This document shows, in pieces, positions 26,841-39,000 of a DNA stretch of 64,000 nt (positions are counted from its first letter, which is position 1; every line of letters starts with the position of its first letter). The DNA is taken from positions 79,684,013 through 79,748,012 of the forward strand of contig JARFYF010000104.1 in assembly GCA_030265395.1 (NCBI GenBank). Reading direction: 5' to 3'. Source of the DNA: Rhina ancylostomus (Eukaryota). The position numbers and the translations under genes were made by a program. Under the pieces are notes generated by a model. It did not search any database. It had not been told where the DNA came from and saw nothing but the letters and a program-made list of their open reading frames with translations.

Positions 26841-27389
26841 GTTCTCACAAGTTTATTTAACTTTGTTATTATGTTCCCTAAAACGTATAATGTTTCCCAG
26901 TAACATATTCACAGTATCACTAAGGAATGTACCACTAATGCAGAGACTAGATGTTAAAATGTGCATAATCATTAACCAATGCTGCATTATGTACAGAAAA
27001 AGGACATATAGCTTCCTAACTCACCATGTGCCAACAATAAATATAATTCCCAATTCTCACTGAATTCCCAGTCTCAATAAATTATCAGCTTCTCACTCTT
27101 CTCAAATGCAATGTTTATGAAAACTTGGCACAGCCCATCTGTGGAAGGATATGCAGCCACAAAGCCTCCTCTCACCCATTTCATGACACTGAATCTTATA
27201 ACTGGATATCGACGGGCTAAAGGGCACAAGTAACAATGTTGGATCAACCAATAATGACTTTCTTTCAACTGTCAGTCTCTCCTTTGAAGGAAAAGTGATT
27301 AAAAATTACAATTGGGTTTTATTGGTTCTTTGGCATGTATGAATGGTGAGGAAAGTAGCATATCTCTTAGTTTAAATTTTGAGCCAGGA

Positions 27390-27680
27390 GCTATAAGATT
27401 AGGGGGTAGTCTTTTAAAAGGGAGTTGGGTAGGAACAACTTCTTACAGAAAGTGGTGAATCTCTGGAATTTTCTACCCCAAAAGCGTTGTGAAGGCTAAG
27501 TCATTGGGATTATTTAAAGAGTAAGTTGGTATGTGTTTGAAAGATCAGTGACTTGAGGGCTATAGGGAACTGGCACAGTCGAGAAGATAAGGTCGGGGTA
27601 GATTAGTCATGATCATATTGAACGGCAGACAGGCTTGAAGAGTCAAATGGCCTATTCCTGCTACTTTTTTATGTTCTTAT
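27390..27680 (+). mobile_element. CR1 LINE 3' fragment
   Basis: gtggtgaatctctggaattttctacccca ... aaatggcctattcctgctact...ttatgttcttatg tail. Confidence 0.75.
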
Positions 27681-28704
27681 GTAAAGGAGAAACATATTCA
27701 AAGTTGTAAAAAAGGTACAGGTGTTCAAAAGAGAGCTCAATTACATTTGAAGTTTTCTGAAAGGATGCAAACAAAACAAAGGTGTCTACCTTGTACGTAT
27801 CCAATAGAATTAGCATATATTTCAGTGCAGTTAGCTCCCATGGATGCAAGGATGGGTTTGGTTTTCTAAAAGCTAGGCATTCAATATCTCCTCTTCAATT
27901 ATTTTGGGCACTAGGGGCTATCCTTGGCAGCAGATATTACTTGCAATAAATACTTATTAATAATATTCATTATGGGTTGCATTGTGTCACCTGGATTCTA
28001 CTTCATTTTGTGTTCAACAGAGTTACTTTTCATTTTTATCATTTTGTTTCTAGTGCTGGGACAGTCCATAATATAAAACACATAACTTACCCACTACAAA
28101 AAGAAAGCCCCAAAGATCCTTAGCAGTGTAACGGAACTAAGAGGTGAATTTTGGGAAGTGGCGTGCCTTAAGTCTGCTGGAAGTTTGTTGTGAACTTCTG
28201 CTTTTCTTTTTTTTTAATCTCATTATGCTTGGTACCATATCTAACTTTCAACCCACATCTCTTTTCCATTATCAGTGCCTACCTATTTTCACTTCTGTCT
28301 AGAGCTGAAAGTAAGCTGGTGCTGTGTACCAGTAAGAAAGAGGCTAAACCTGTATTTCCAATACTGGCCTACTGCAAAAAAAAATTCACATAATTACACT
28401 AATAAGAAATTGTCAATGAAGTGCATTCTACTTTTCCAATTCTGGTCTCCTGTTTATCACCAATTTCAATTGCTCTATTAGCTTATACAACATCCTGACT
28501 TGGAAATACATCACTATTCCTTCATTGTTGATGGATNNNNNNNNNNNNNNNNNNNNNNNNNNNNNNNNNNNNNNNNNNNNNNNNNNNNNNNNNNNNNNNN
28601 NNNNNNNNNNNNNNNNNNNNNNNNNNNNNNNNNNNNTGATGGATCTAAATACTAAAACTCTCCACACAACAGCACAATAGGAATCCATCTCCAAAGGATG
28701 CAAG

Positions 28705-29750
28705 GCTGAGTGACTGAGAGATTCGGAAATGGCGGGGATGTGGAGGTGGAAATGAACAGACTAAATTAATGTGTATTGGCAGGGCAGATGGAATATAATG
28801 TGGAAAAATGTGACGTTATCTACTTTGGTAGAAGAAAAAGAATATTTTTTTTAAATGGAAGAATATCAAAAGGTGCTTGTGTTCAGAGGGACCTGGATGA
28901 CCTGGGACTGAGACATGTACATGAATCTTTAAAAGTTTACGCACAGGCATAACAAGTAAGTAGGAAGACATTAGATGTGTAGGATTTCGAGTACAAGGGC
29001 ATACTGAAACTCTTATTGATCTCCTTACCTAAATTAAAATAAAGGGAATTCAACAAAAGCTTTACCAGAGTTATTCCTGGGATGAAGCAATTGTCCTGTG
29101 AGTAGATAAACAGATAAAGAATATTTTCGATGTTTTAGGGGAATGAAAGATGATCTAATTGAAACATAAAATTCTTAAAGCGGTTGACAGTGGAATGCTC
29201 AGAACTGGAGGCCACGGTCTAACACCCAGGGTTCAGCTGTTCGTATCAAAGATGAGAAGAAGCTTCATTACCCAGAAGGCAGTGAGTTTTGGGAATGCTC
29301 TAACCATGAGGCCTGTGGAAGTTCAGACACTATATATTTCAAAGCAGAGGTTAACAGAATCAGAATCAGATTTATTATTACTGACAATATGATGTGAACT
29401 TTGTTGTTTTGTGGCAGCAGTACAGTGCAAAGACATAAAAATCTATAAATTACAAAAATAAATAATTAGTGCAATAAAAGGAACAATGAGGTAGTGTTCA
29501 GGGGTTCATGGATTGTTCAGAAATCCGATGGCAAAGGGGAAGAAGCTGTTGCTGAATCATCGAGTGTGGGCCTTCAGGCTCCTGTACATCCTCCCTGATG
29601 GTAGTAATGAGAAGAGTGATGGGAATCAGGAGATATGGAGTTAGTACAGAAAAGTGGTTTGAAATGGAGGATCAGCCATGATCTTATTGAATGGCAGAGC
29701 AAATGCAAAGGGCCAAATAACATACATTTGCTTCCATTTCCTTTGTTCTT
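28705..29750 (+). mobile_element. Degenerate CR1 LINE interrupted by a second element
   Basis: gcagatggaatataatgtggaaaaatgtga, cagagggacctgg, and the CR1 3' end resuming at about 29617. Confidence 0.75.
29355..29616 (-). mobile_element. Rex1/Babar-type 3' end nested in the CR1
   Basis: (agaatc)n tail then atttattatt...gggaagaagctgttgctgaatc...ttcaggctcctgtacatcctccctgatgg, the reverse complement of the 3' region seen near 24110-24150. Confidence 0.7.
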
Positions 29751-32269
29751 AAATATTGCGGCAATTCACAAAGATTTGCACTGTCATTGTCCAAAGGGCA
29801 ATCAGGCATGAATAATCATTTTTGGCCCTTCTGGTGATGCACAAATCCTAAAAATTCCTGATTGTGCCTTCGGCTATATGTAAGTGGTGTAACTTTTGAT
29901 ACGTTGTCCTGACAACCAGTGTCATTGTTTGAAAGTTAACTGCCTTCAATAAAGGTTGTTTTGTTACTGATTCTATCTCTGTTATTTGCTTCAGTAATCA
30001 CTAATACTATAGAGCCTATAGACATTACAATATAGTTGAGGCTGGCTGCAAACCTTCTTGCACCATATACCAGAACTCTGATCTATTCTTTGGAAAGCAC
30101 AAAAATCTACGCAGGTTAAAATGCTTCTCTAAATATTCCCTTGTGTAGAAAATTGGCAGGTCATTGCCATGTACCCACTGTATTGATTGCTCTATTGTTC
30201 CTTTCATTCTTATTATAAACAAAGATAGAGCAGAATTGATAATGATGCGTGGTGGCAGCAGTCTTTCAAAACTTCCATAAGGATGGATGAAAACATTGGT
30301 GAAAACATAGAATGACGTCATACTAAAAGCCAGGCCAGCGCAGGAGAGATGCAAACAAGTGTGTCAAACACCACCCCAAACGTGGGAGATGAATAACTTG
30401 TGCCACTTATTCCAGGGCTGGAATAAGTGTATCAGGTGTAACAAAAAAAATAAAGCTGCTTATAAAGTACAAATTTATATTTCTAACAGATCTGAACTAC
30501 AGAATTTTTTTATCAAATGAGATGGTGGGAACACAAACAAGTTGAATTAGATTTATATACCAAATGTTTAATAAGCAATCTTCATTAACAAATGAGATAG
30601 AAAACACAGAAACAGCTGTGACTCTAACTCCATTGTGCCCATTATGTGTACAATTTACATATATCTAGATAGTTGTCAACCTCCTTCTAAGCACATACAG
30701 TATGTGCTAGTGGATAAATTGCCTTTTAATCTACTAGTCTTCTTTTACTACACAAACATATTTCCAAGGGAATATTTTACTCTAATTTAAGAATGCTGAC
30801 TTATTGGCCTAACAATATTATAATACAATGATATTAAGATCATAGCAAATCACCAGCTGGCTATGCAATGCACAGTTGAGCTGACATTGCATGGAACTAT
30901 GAAATCACCTCATTAACAATTTTTGTTTAGTCCCAATACACAGTTTGTGCCTTGCTGGAAATTTTGTGAGGGATTTAATTAGGAGGCAATGGCATCAAAG
31001 GCTTTAGACTGGACTTCCAAGTGTTAACATTTGAAAACCAGAACCACAATTCCTTCAACAGGTTTCCTTACAAAGCCCAAGCAATATAAGCATTTTATGG
31101 AAGGATGTTCTGTGAAGTCCTGGAAAGAAGTATTTAATTCTTTGAGATATACCAGTTGTGTAATAGAATTTGGGAGGTCTAATTTAAGCAGAAATTAGTG
31201 ATTCAATGAGCTTTGTACATACATTTTGCTCTGGCTCTATATGCCAACTACATCATTTCTATTATGTGGTTTTAAACCCCTTACACATTCAATGGGTTTG
31301 AACACCCAATAATGTCAATGTTGCACTATCACACTACGCTTCTTTATGTCTTTTCAGTTTTTAGTGATTCATTTCCAGACTTAGAGACTTTCAGACATCA
31401 CTACTGATATAACCAAAAATAAGAATTTGTATTGAAGTTTAAAATTATCATCAATAGGAATATTCCTCATACTTAAGTTACAATAACTGTTTATTGTTGA
31501 CTTAATTAAAGCAGTAACGCTCAATAATAAACATATTTTCACATCCATACATTTTGTTCAACTCTCCTGTCTGGGATATGTTCTGGGATATGTTGTCTGT
31601 CTAATTTCAGAGTTGCAGACTGACAATGTTGTTGGGAGGGCAAAAATGCTCAGTGATGAAATGAAGATGTTTTTTGGTCAGAAACAGCTTCAAGTGTCCC
31701 TATAATTAAGGAGAGACATCTCATTATTATAATGTAGGGATCAGATTCAGAAAGTTAGCTGATTGTGAATATGCATATCACGTTCTTTATAAACAATAAA
31801 AATCTATAATAGGCTGATACTAGGTGTTCAAATGGTAGAATTCATCAAACAAAGCCCAAAGAGATTTTTACAATACCCAACAATTCTGGATAAGCAGTCT
31901 CAGATCATTTTGATATCAGGTGAAACCATATGGTGGGGGGTATAAAGGATATATAATTAAAGGTTAAATTTAATATTTATTCAACCAGGAATTTGAATAG
32001 AATTATAAAGAATTAATTGAACTTACAAAGCAGAAAGAGACAATTCAACCCAATTGTTTTATGATCCACCAGCATATCTTTCTATGGCTTCTCACTCATT
32101 TACCTAAGTTCCCATTAATTGTATCTAATTGCCATTAGTACATCGTACATATCTTCAGAATTGGAGAGGTGGAGAATGTTCAGAACAAAAGCAACAATAT
32201 TCATCTATTTATACACAAAAGAAGCTTCAGCAGTTACTACGGAGGAATACCATCTATCAAGAAACATTT

Positions 32270-32730
32270 ATACTGAGCAATATAAGGAAATATTAAGATA
32301 TATGAGTAAAATGTGCCCAGGGAAGTTGGTTATAAGAAGCAACTTAAAGGAAGCAAAGAAGTTTAGTGGTTTAAGGAAGGAATTCATTTTGCTGCAAACA
32401 GTATAGCATCCATGCCAGAGTGATTAAGTGATTTGGGGATGCACAATAGGTCACAATCGGAGGAGTGCAGAAGTCCTGGAGCATTGTAGTCCAAGAGCTG
32501 GACTACAATAAAGAGAGAGGCAGCATTGAGACCATGCAAGGATTTGAAAACAGGGATGATTGTTTTAAAATTGAGGCTTGATTAACCAGGAACCAATGCC
32601 GTTCAGCAAGAATAAGAGTACTAGATGAATGGGACTTGGTGCAAGTTAGTACAGTGGTAGCAGGAAAGTAGAATAAGAGAGGCCAGGCCCGAGTATATTG
32701 AATGGATGAAGTCCAAAGGTAACAAAAGGC
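32270..32730 (-). repeat. Ancient LINE (L2-like) fragment; similar copy at about 45960-46330
   Basis: Shared motifs gtttaaggaaggaattc, gatttgaaaacagggatga..ttttaaaattgaggc..aaccaggaaccaatg. Confidence 0.45.
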
Positions 32731-35700
32731 ACGTACTAATGGGGAGAAGTTGCTATATTGTCCATTTCGTCTCCTTTAAAATGGTTCTGTTTTCTGACTT
32801 TGGCTTTGTTTCTTGTGAGTCATTCTCTACACTGTCCCACCTTCAACTCATTGGTTCATTTGGTGTTAAAAATTAAATTAAGAAAATTCTTGGCTACCTT
32901 TTTATTTTCTTTCCGTTCAGGGATATTTTGAAAAATAGTTCACCAGTTGGTAAAACATCCTAGAAATTGCTTTATTATTTTTATGGCATTAAAACAGTGC
33001 TGTGTATCACCCTAATACTGTAAGTCACATAAACTGCACAATGTTTAATGATTCCTAGTAAAGCATTGTTGGGGTTCCTCATAACAAGATGTATTGTCAG
33101 TTTCAGTTCATTTCAGCTTTTCAGTTCTGTTTTATTGATCTATTTCAAGATCTTGCAGCTGCTGTCACTTAGCCTTGCAGCTGCAACAAAGGAGCCAATC
33201 CTTAAAGAAACATATCATAGGCAACACCTTTCCAGATACTCAGGAGTGATGCTGCTTTAGGAACTGATGGGACAGCGGTTGGTATCAGAGGGAACTGGAC
33301 AGGCTAGAGAAGAATTGTGTCTGCAGGTAGCCGGTTCTTTGAGCAAGAGGCTTACAGAGACCCTTCAGGACTATCGCCAGCCATTTCTGGCAGGAGATTG
33401 GCAGAGAGATATCTGTAAGGAGGTATACTGCAGAAATGCAGTCTGAAAAGGTCTGCACTCTGGGAAAGGTTGCAATTCAAGCAGATCCTGGTCCCAGCTT
33501 CACCTATTATTGTGAGTAAAAGTTATTTTTCAGGTTGGCAAGTTTGAAAATGATGCTGGAGATAACCTTCACCTTTGAACTATTGTTGGTATAAATTAGA
33601 GCAGTTTTACAATGGAAAGAACAATTGAAAAGTCATAGGTTAAATTTCCTAAAATGCTAAAATATACAGAAATGTATATAATCTCACGGTTAAGCCTATT
33701 TTCAACTGTGCATCACTACTTCTTCAGAGTTATGCAAATAAATTTCTAAGCCAATATCTCTTTGGATAATTTGCTGATGTCCCATGCTTTAGTTTGTTGG
33801 CTAAGATTTCAGCAGAGAGATAGAGGTGAGGATTGAGGTTTTCTACAGCAGATAAAAATGAATCTGGAATAGTCTGGCTATGAGGGTGATGTTGTGGAAC
33901 CAAATTCCATCATAACTTTTACATGGGAATGGATAAGTTATTGAAGTGGAAACATTTGCAGGACTGTTGAAAAGGGATGGACCTAGTTGGAATGACAGTT
34001 TCAAAGAATGGGGATGCGAACAATGGGCCAAATTGCAATGCTCTTTGAGCACTCACTCTATGGTTCTGTAAAATAAAGGAACATTTTACAACGTCTGATT
34101 ACAGGAGAGTTTTCAGAATGTACAGCTTCTGCATTTGTGTATCCAAGCTTCTGCCAATTAGAAAGCCAGAAAAATAAAGCACAAGATTAATAGTCTTTAT
34201 GTACAATTTGTAAAGTTTCATGTGCCACCTACCATAAGATTTGTTTAGATTCAACTAATCTTTTAAGAAATATTGATTCAGAACCTGTACGGCACTTGGA
34301 AAGGAATGTTAACATTAAGGAAACCATTTAAAGTTGGATACATCAGGAGGATGAGGGAAGAATCAGACCCCTCTGCAGTGTGCCAGTTAAGGTCAGACCC
34401 CTAACTAGTGCCAAAACAGCCTTCAATCCATCTGATAAGACCTACTTCACTTTATGAGGACCTCATGTGTGCAGAAGAGTTTTGCACAATTAACATCAAA
34501 CATCTTTTTCATTGCTGTAAATTATTGTCCAAATCGGGTGACCTCCTCATATATCCATGCAATATTCATGAAAAGTCAAACATAAATTTCTCAGGGAATG
34601 GATTCTTCCATCATTAAAAATTTCATTGTATGGCACACAAAAATGTTGGACAACACAGGAAAATACCCAGGCCATTTTCTGTTACTTTTGGTGGGTCAAG
34701 TATCATATCAAGCCAGAAGGTAGATAGTCCACTCTGCAGATTTTCCATTAAGACCTGCAAATCTCTCTTGCCACATCAATCACTGTAGGCATTAGATGAA
34801 AGGCATACAGCAATAGTGTACCAACCATAATTTGTGGATTAAACACCAAGCAAATAAAATGTACTCAGCAATTCAGTAACTTACAATCTCATTGCCTTAC
34901 ACTCTTGTAAAGAAATGCCTACAGCAGATATTAGGCCCCTTGTGTCTGGTCATGCAATGCCACTGGCTGCACCATCAGCTTTTTGAAAGATGCAATATGA
35001 CAAACAGGAAATTCATGTATATGGGAAGCAAATTAGGAAAACAAAAGATTCTGTTAGCCTTGTTTTTTTAAGGCCACTGAAGAGCTGTTTTCCAAGTGAT
35101 GATAATTTTTGTGCTGACACCACGATCAACAAATTCACATTTCTAGCCCGGGTCATGTAAATGGCTTTGGGGCTCTTATCTGGCAGGAAAGCTTCCTGTT
35201 TAATTTTCCTTCCTTGCCTGCTAAGATTATTTTAGCTTCCTGACACAATGGCACAGGAAAATTGAAGCCTTCAATTTTATAAATATTCAGCTTTTTTTCC
35301 AATGCATAATGAACATGCCTTTCCTGCTGTATGGTCCAAGGTTAGCTTCGAATGGATGTTGTATATGTGGAAGTCTGTGCATAACTAACTCTAAAAAAAA
35401 ATGTATTGAAATGCATGATGATCATTCCATAATGTGACAAAATTCACAATATATCTTGTACTCATATCAACCAAATATATTGCCACTTATTTTTTTAAAG
35501 ATCCAGGTTTTGGAGATCTTGTTGCAGCACGTTCCACAGTAAACCTGTGCCTAAAGGAGTGTTCCGACATTATATTCAGATTGTACCATTCTGTATTAGT
35601 GCTCGGCTTTATTAAACAAAAAAAAAATCAAATAATCAGGTGGAGAACAGACAGAACTTTCTGCTGGGAATTGCATATTAGATTTCCAAAGAAGCTATTT

Positions 35701-35945
35701 TTCTAGAGTGCCACATTATGTTGCTCAAAGGCAACAAAGACACTCAAATGCAATGGATATTGTTCTGCAGTCAAACAGCCACCTGTCTCAGAAAAATTTC
35801 AGAAGAATTTTCAGAAAAATTCTGAAACAGCAATGAATCAAAAGACCAGTAACTGATTTTTCAGTTGTATTCCTTTGGGATAATTCCCAACTCTTCTGGA
35901 AATAATGTAACAAGATCTGATTAATTAACTGAATGATTCCTTTAC

Positions 35946-36004
35946 TTAATATCTCATGACTGACATGGTTTCTTTTGAGAATTTCCTCCCTTTATTTTGT
36001 TCCC
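35946..36004 (-). CDS. Unnamed gene, candidate last coding exon
   Basis: gtatgtctcag|(G)EQNKGRKFSKETMSVMRY-TAA; phase 1; minus-strand AATAAA at 35608-35613. Confidence 0.45.
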
Positions 36005-39000
36005 CTGAGACATACATCGACATGAATGACGTCAAGGTTGAAGAAAGAAAAACCTGCGCTCTGTCCGCAATGGCCATCCCAAGCTTCCAGTTGCATGCCA
36101 TTTCAACTCCCCTTCCCAATCCCACACTGACCTGACCACCCTCGGCCTTCTCCACTGCTGGAATGAGGCCCAATGCAAACCAGACGAACAACACCTTATA
36201 TTGTGCCTGGGTAGTCTACAACTCAGAGGCAAGAACATTGAATTTTCCAATCTCAGGTAACCCTCACCTCCAGTGTTTCACCCCCCACTTTCTCTCTCTT
36301 CTTCCAATCTTCCTCCACTCCCCCTAGTTTTGTCCTCTTTCTCATAACCCCCCTCCAGCTCCTTATCACCCATTTTTGTCTCCCTCTCCCTCCCGGGTCC
36401 NNNNNNNNNNNNNNNNNNNNNNNNNNNNNNNCTCTCCCCCAACTTCCCTATCTGGTTCTGGTTCTACCTGCCATCCCTCTTCCCCCGTGGTTCTCATTAT
36501 TGCCTCCCTTACTTATCAGGCTCTGGCACTGGAGCCCTTATTTCCTGCTTATCATCCTCCAGCAGCTGTCACCACCTTCACCCTCCCCTCCCCACACCTG
36601 GCTCCATTTGCCTCTTTTTTTGTTTGCCTCCGTCTATCATCCACCTGGCTCTGTCTCCAAACTTGATCCCTCTCCCACCCCTACCTGGCACAATTTGCCT
36701 GTCATCCTTCACCCCTTCTCAGTCCACCAATCACCCCTGGCCCCTGTTTCACCACTCCCCCTCTCCTCTTTACACTGGCTATCTCCCCTCTCCATTCTCA
36801 GTCCTCATGCAGGGTTTTGATCCTTTTCCCCCACAAATGCTGCTCAACCCGTTGAAGTCCTCCACCACATCATTTGTTGCTCCAGATTCCAGCATCTGCA
36901 GTCTCCTGTGTCTCCTTAAATAAAAGAAACTATCTTCACTGTGAATTCCCAATATCAACCCAGCTCAAAGCTTTTGGCCTAGTGGGCAACAGTTCTCATG
37001 TAAGCTTCTGAAGCATGAACTACCTACAGTAGGCACCTCAAAATACTGGAGAGAAACCACCATGCTCTGCGAAATCCTCTAATTTCACTGTCCGGATCAT
37101 CAGACTAATATTAACATCCTGTCACGGGTTTAAAAACCCAGAATGAAATCTTATTTGCAATCATTTCAGCTCTGATGGGCAGGACACATCATTTAATACC
37201 CCTCACTAGACTCCCAAAAGAGACATTTTATCCAAACTTTGATATGGTACAAGATTGCTCTAAGTAGTTGCAATTTGTGTTAAAATCCCATGAAGTATTC
37301 TCTAAAAGGTTGTACATGAATAATAACAGAGTTTGCACTAATGTTATTGGAATAACATTATGAAAATGTTAACTTTGATGTTCTGTTACATAAATTTAAA
37401 ATTATGAATAAAGTATATTTTGAAATTTAAGNNNNNNNNNNNNNNNNNNNNNNNNNNNNNNNNNNNNNNNNNNNNNNNNNNNNNNNNNNNNNNNNNNNNN
37501 NNNNNNNNNNNNNNNNNNNNNNNNNNNNNNNTTTAAGGGAGTTGTTGGGTGATTATTTGGGAAGCAGCAAAACAAACTAATCAGGAAAGAGTTCTCCACA
37601 GCTGCACTTATTTCTCTACTTTGTTTTTAAGGTCAAGAAGCATAGTAGTAAAATCATATACCAATAAAATAATTTTTGCACCATTAAATATAATGCTTAA
37701 TGTTCTGCATGACTTATAATTCACTTTAACAACATTAAGGCAATTTGTTGAAAATCATGGAGAGGTCAACAATTTCGGGGGCGATGGCAGACGCGGGGGT
37801 GGTGGTGACTAATGGAGAAACTATTTGTGGCATTTCATACTGTTAATGAGAATGGTGACATAACGTTATTGGTCTAGTTATCCAGAAAGGTCTAATGATC
37901 AGAAAGCATGAGTTCAAATCTTACCAAAGCAGCTTGGAGGGGAGAGAGGATTAAAATCAGTTTATTAAATAAACATGAAGTTAAAAGCTGGTTCCAGTAT
38001 TAGTGATCATGATGCTTCTGGGTTATTATAAAAACCCATCTGATCCACTAATGTCCATGAGGTAAAGAAACCCGCTGTCTTTATCCAGTCAGCCTTACGT
38101 GTGACTTCAAATCTACAGCAAAGTGATTGAACTTAAGAACATAAGAAATAGAGGCAGGAATAGGGGACTAAGCTCCATGTATCTCCTCTGCCATTCCATA
38201 AAATCTTATATCTCAGTGCCACCTTTCCATACTAACTATCATCTGAAATGGCTTAACAGGCTGCTCAGTAGTATGAAACCACTACAAACTATTTAAAGAG
38301 GCTGCTAGCTGCCAAACGTCTTCTCAGAGTAAACAGGAATGGACTGTAAATCCAGCCTTGCTAGTGAAATGAGCATCCATTAGAGAATTTTGAAAATTCA
38401 CTGTGTGACTCTTCTTTGCCATAAGCTATTGGGCTTTTTATTTGCTGATTACTGCATGGATATTTAATGCCATTATGTTCACAGCAAATTCTGGCCAATA
38501 TCTTTGTGAAATGAGCCCTACACCTTTAAACAAGTTGCTTCAATCCAGAAAAAAATGTGTGAACAAGCTGCTACTTGATGGACTGAATCTAACCTTACAT
38601 TTAGCTCTACTTCTGGCTCATACTTCACGTTAGACACAGGAAAACCATGGAGAACATACCCTCAATTCCCAACATCATATCTTACTGGGGAAAGGTCCAT
38701 GTTAGTGGTATGCATATTTCTTTTGGAATAAAGTTACAAATGAATTATGTTTCTACACTTGCAGAAAATTACTAAATACTTGTTATTTTAATTATAACTC
38801 TTCTAAATGGTTATTTGCAAATTCAGGGATAGAGAATATCATTTTACCAAATTTATTGTAAAACAAAGCTAAGAGTCTGTGGCACTTGCCTGGTTCCTTC
38901 AGTAAAAGGTTTTTACTACCATTGTAGAATTATGTTCAAACATTTGTGCAATAAAATTGCCAACCTTCATTTTCTTCCATGCTCTTTTGTAAAGCTACAT

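Noticed and set aside
32483-32509. 11-bp perfect hairpin (similar small palindromes near 12585 and 48035)
   Set aside because: Short, inside a degraded repeat or intron, and compatible with chance.
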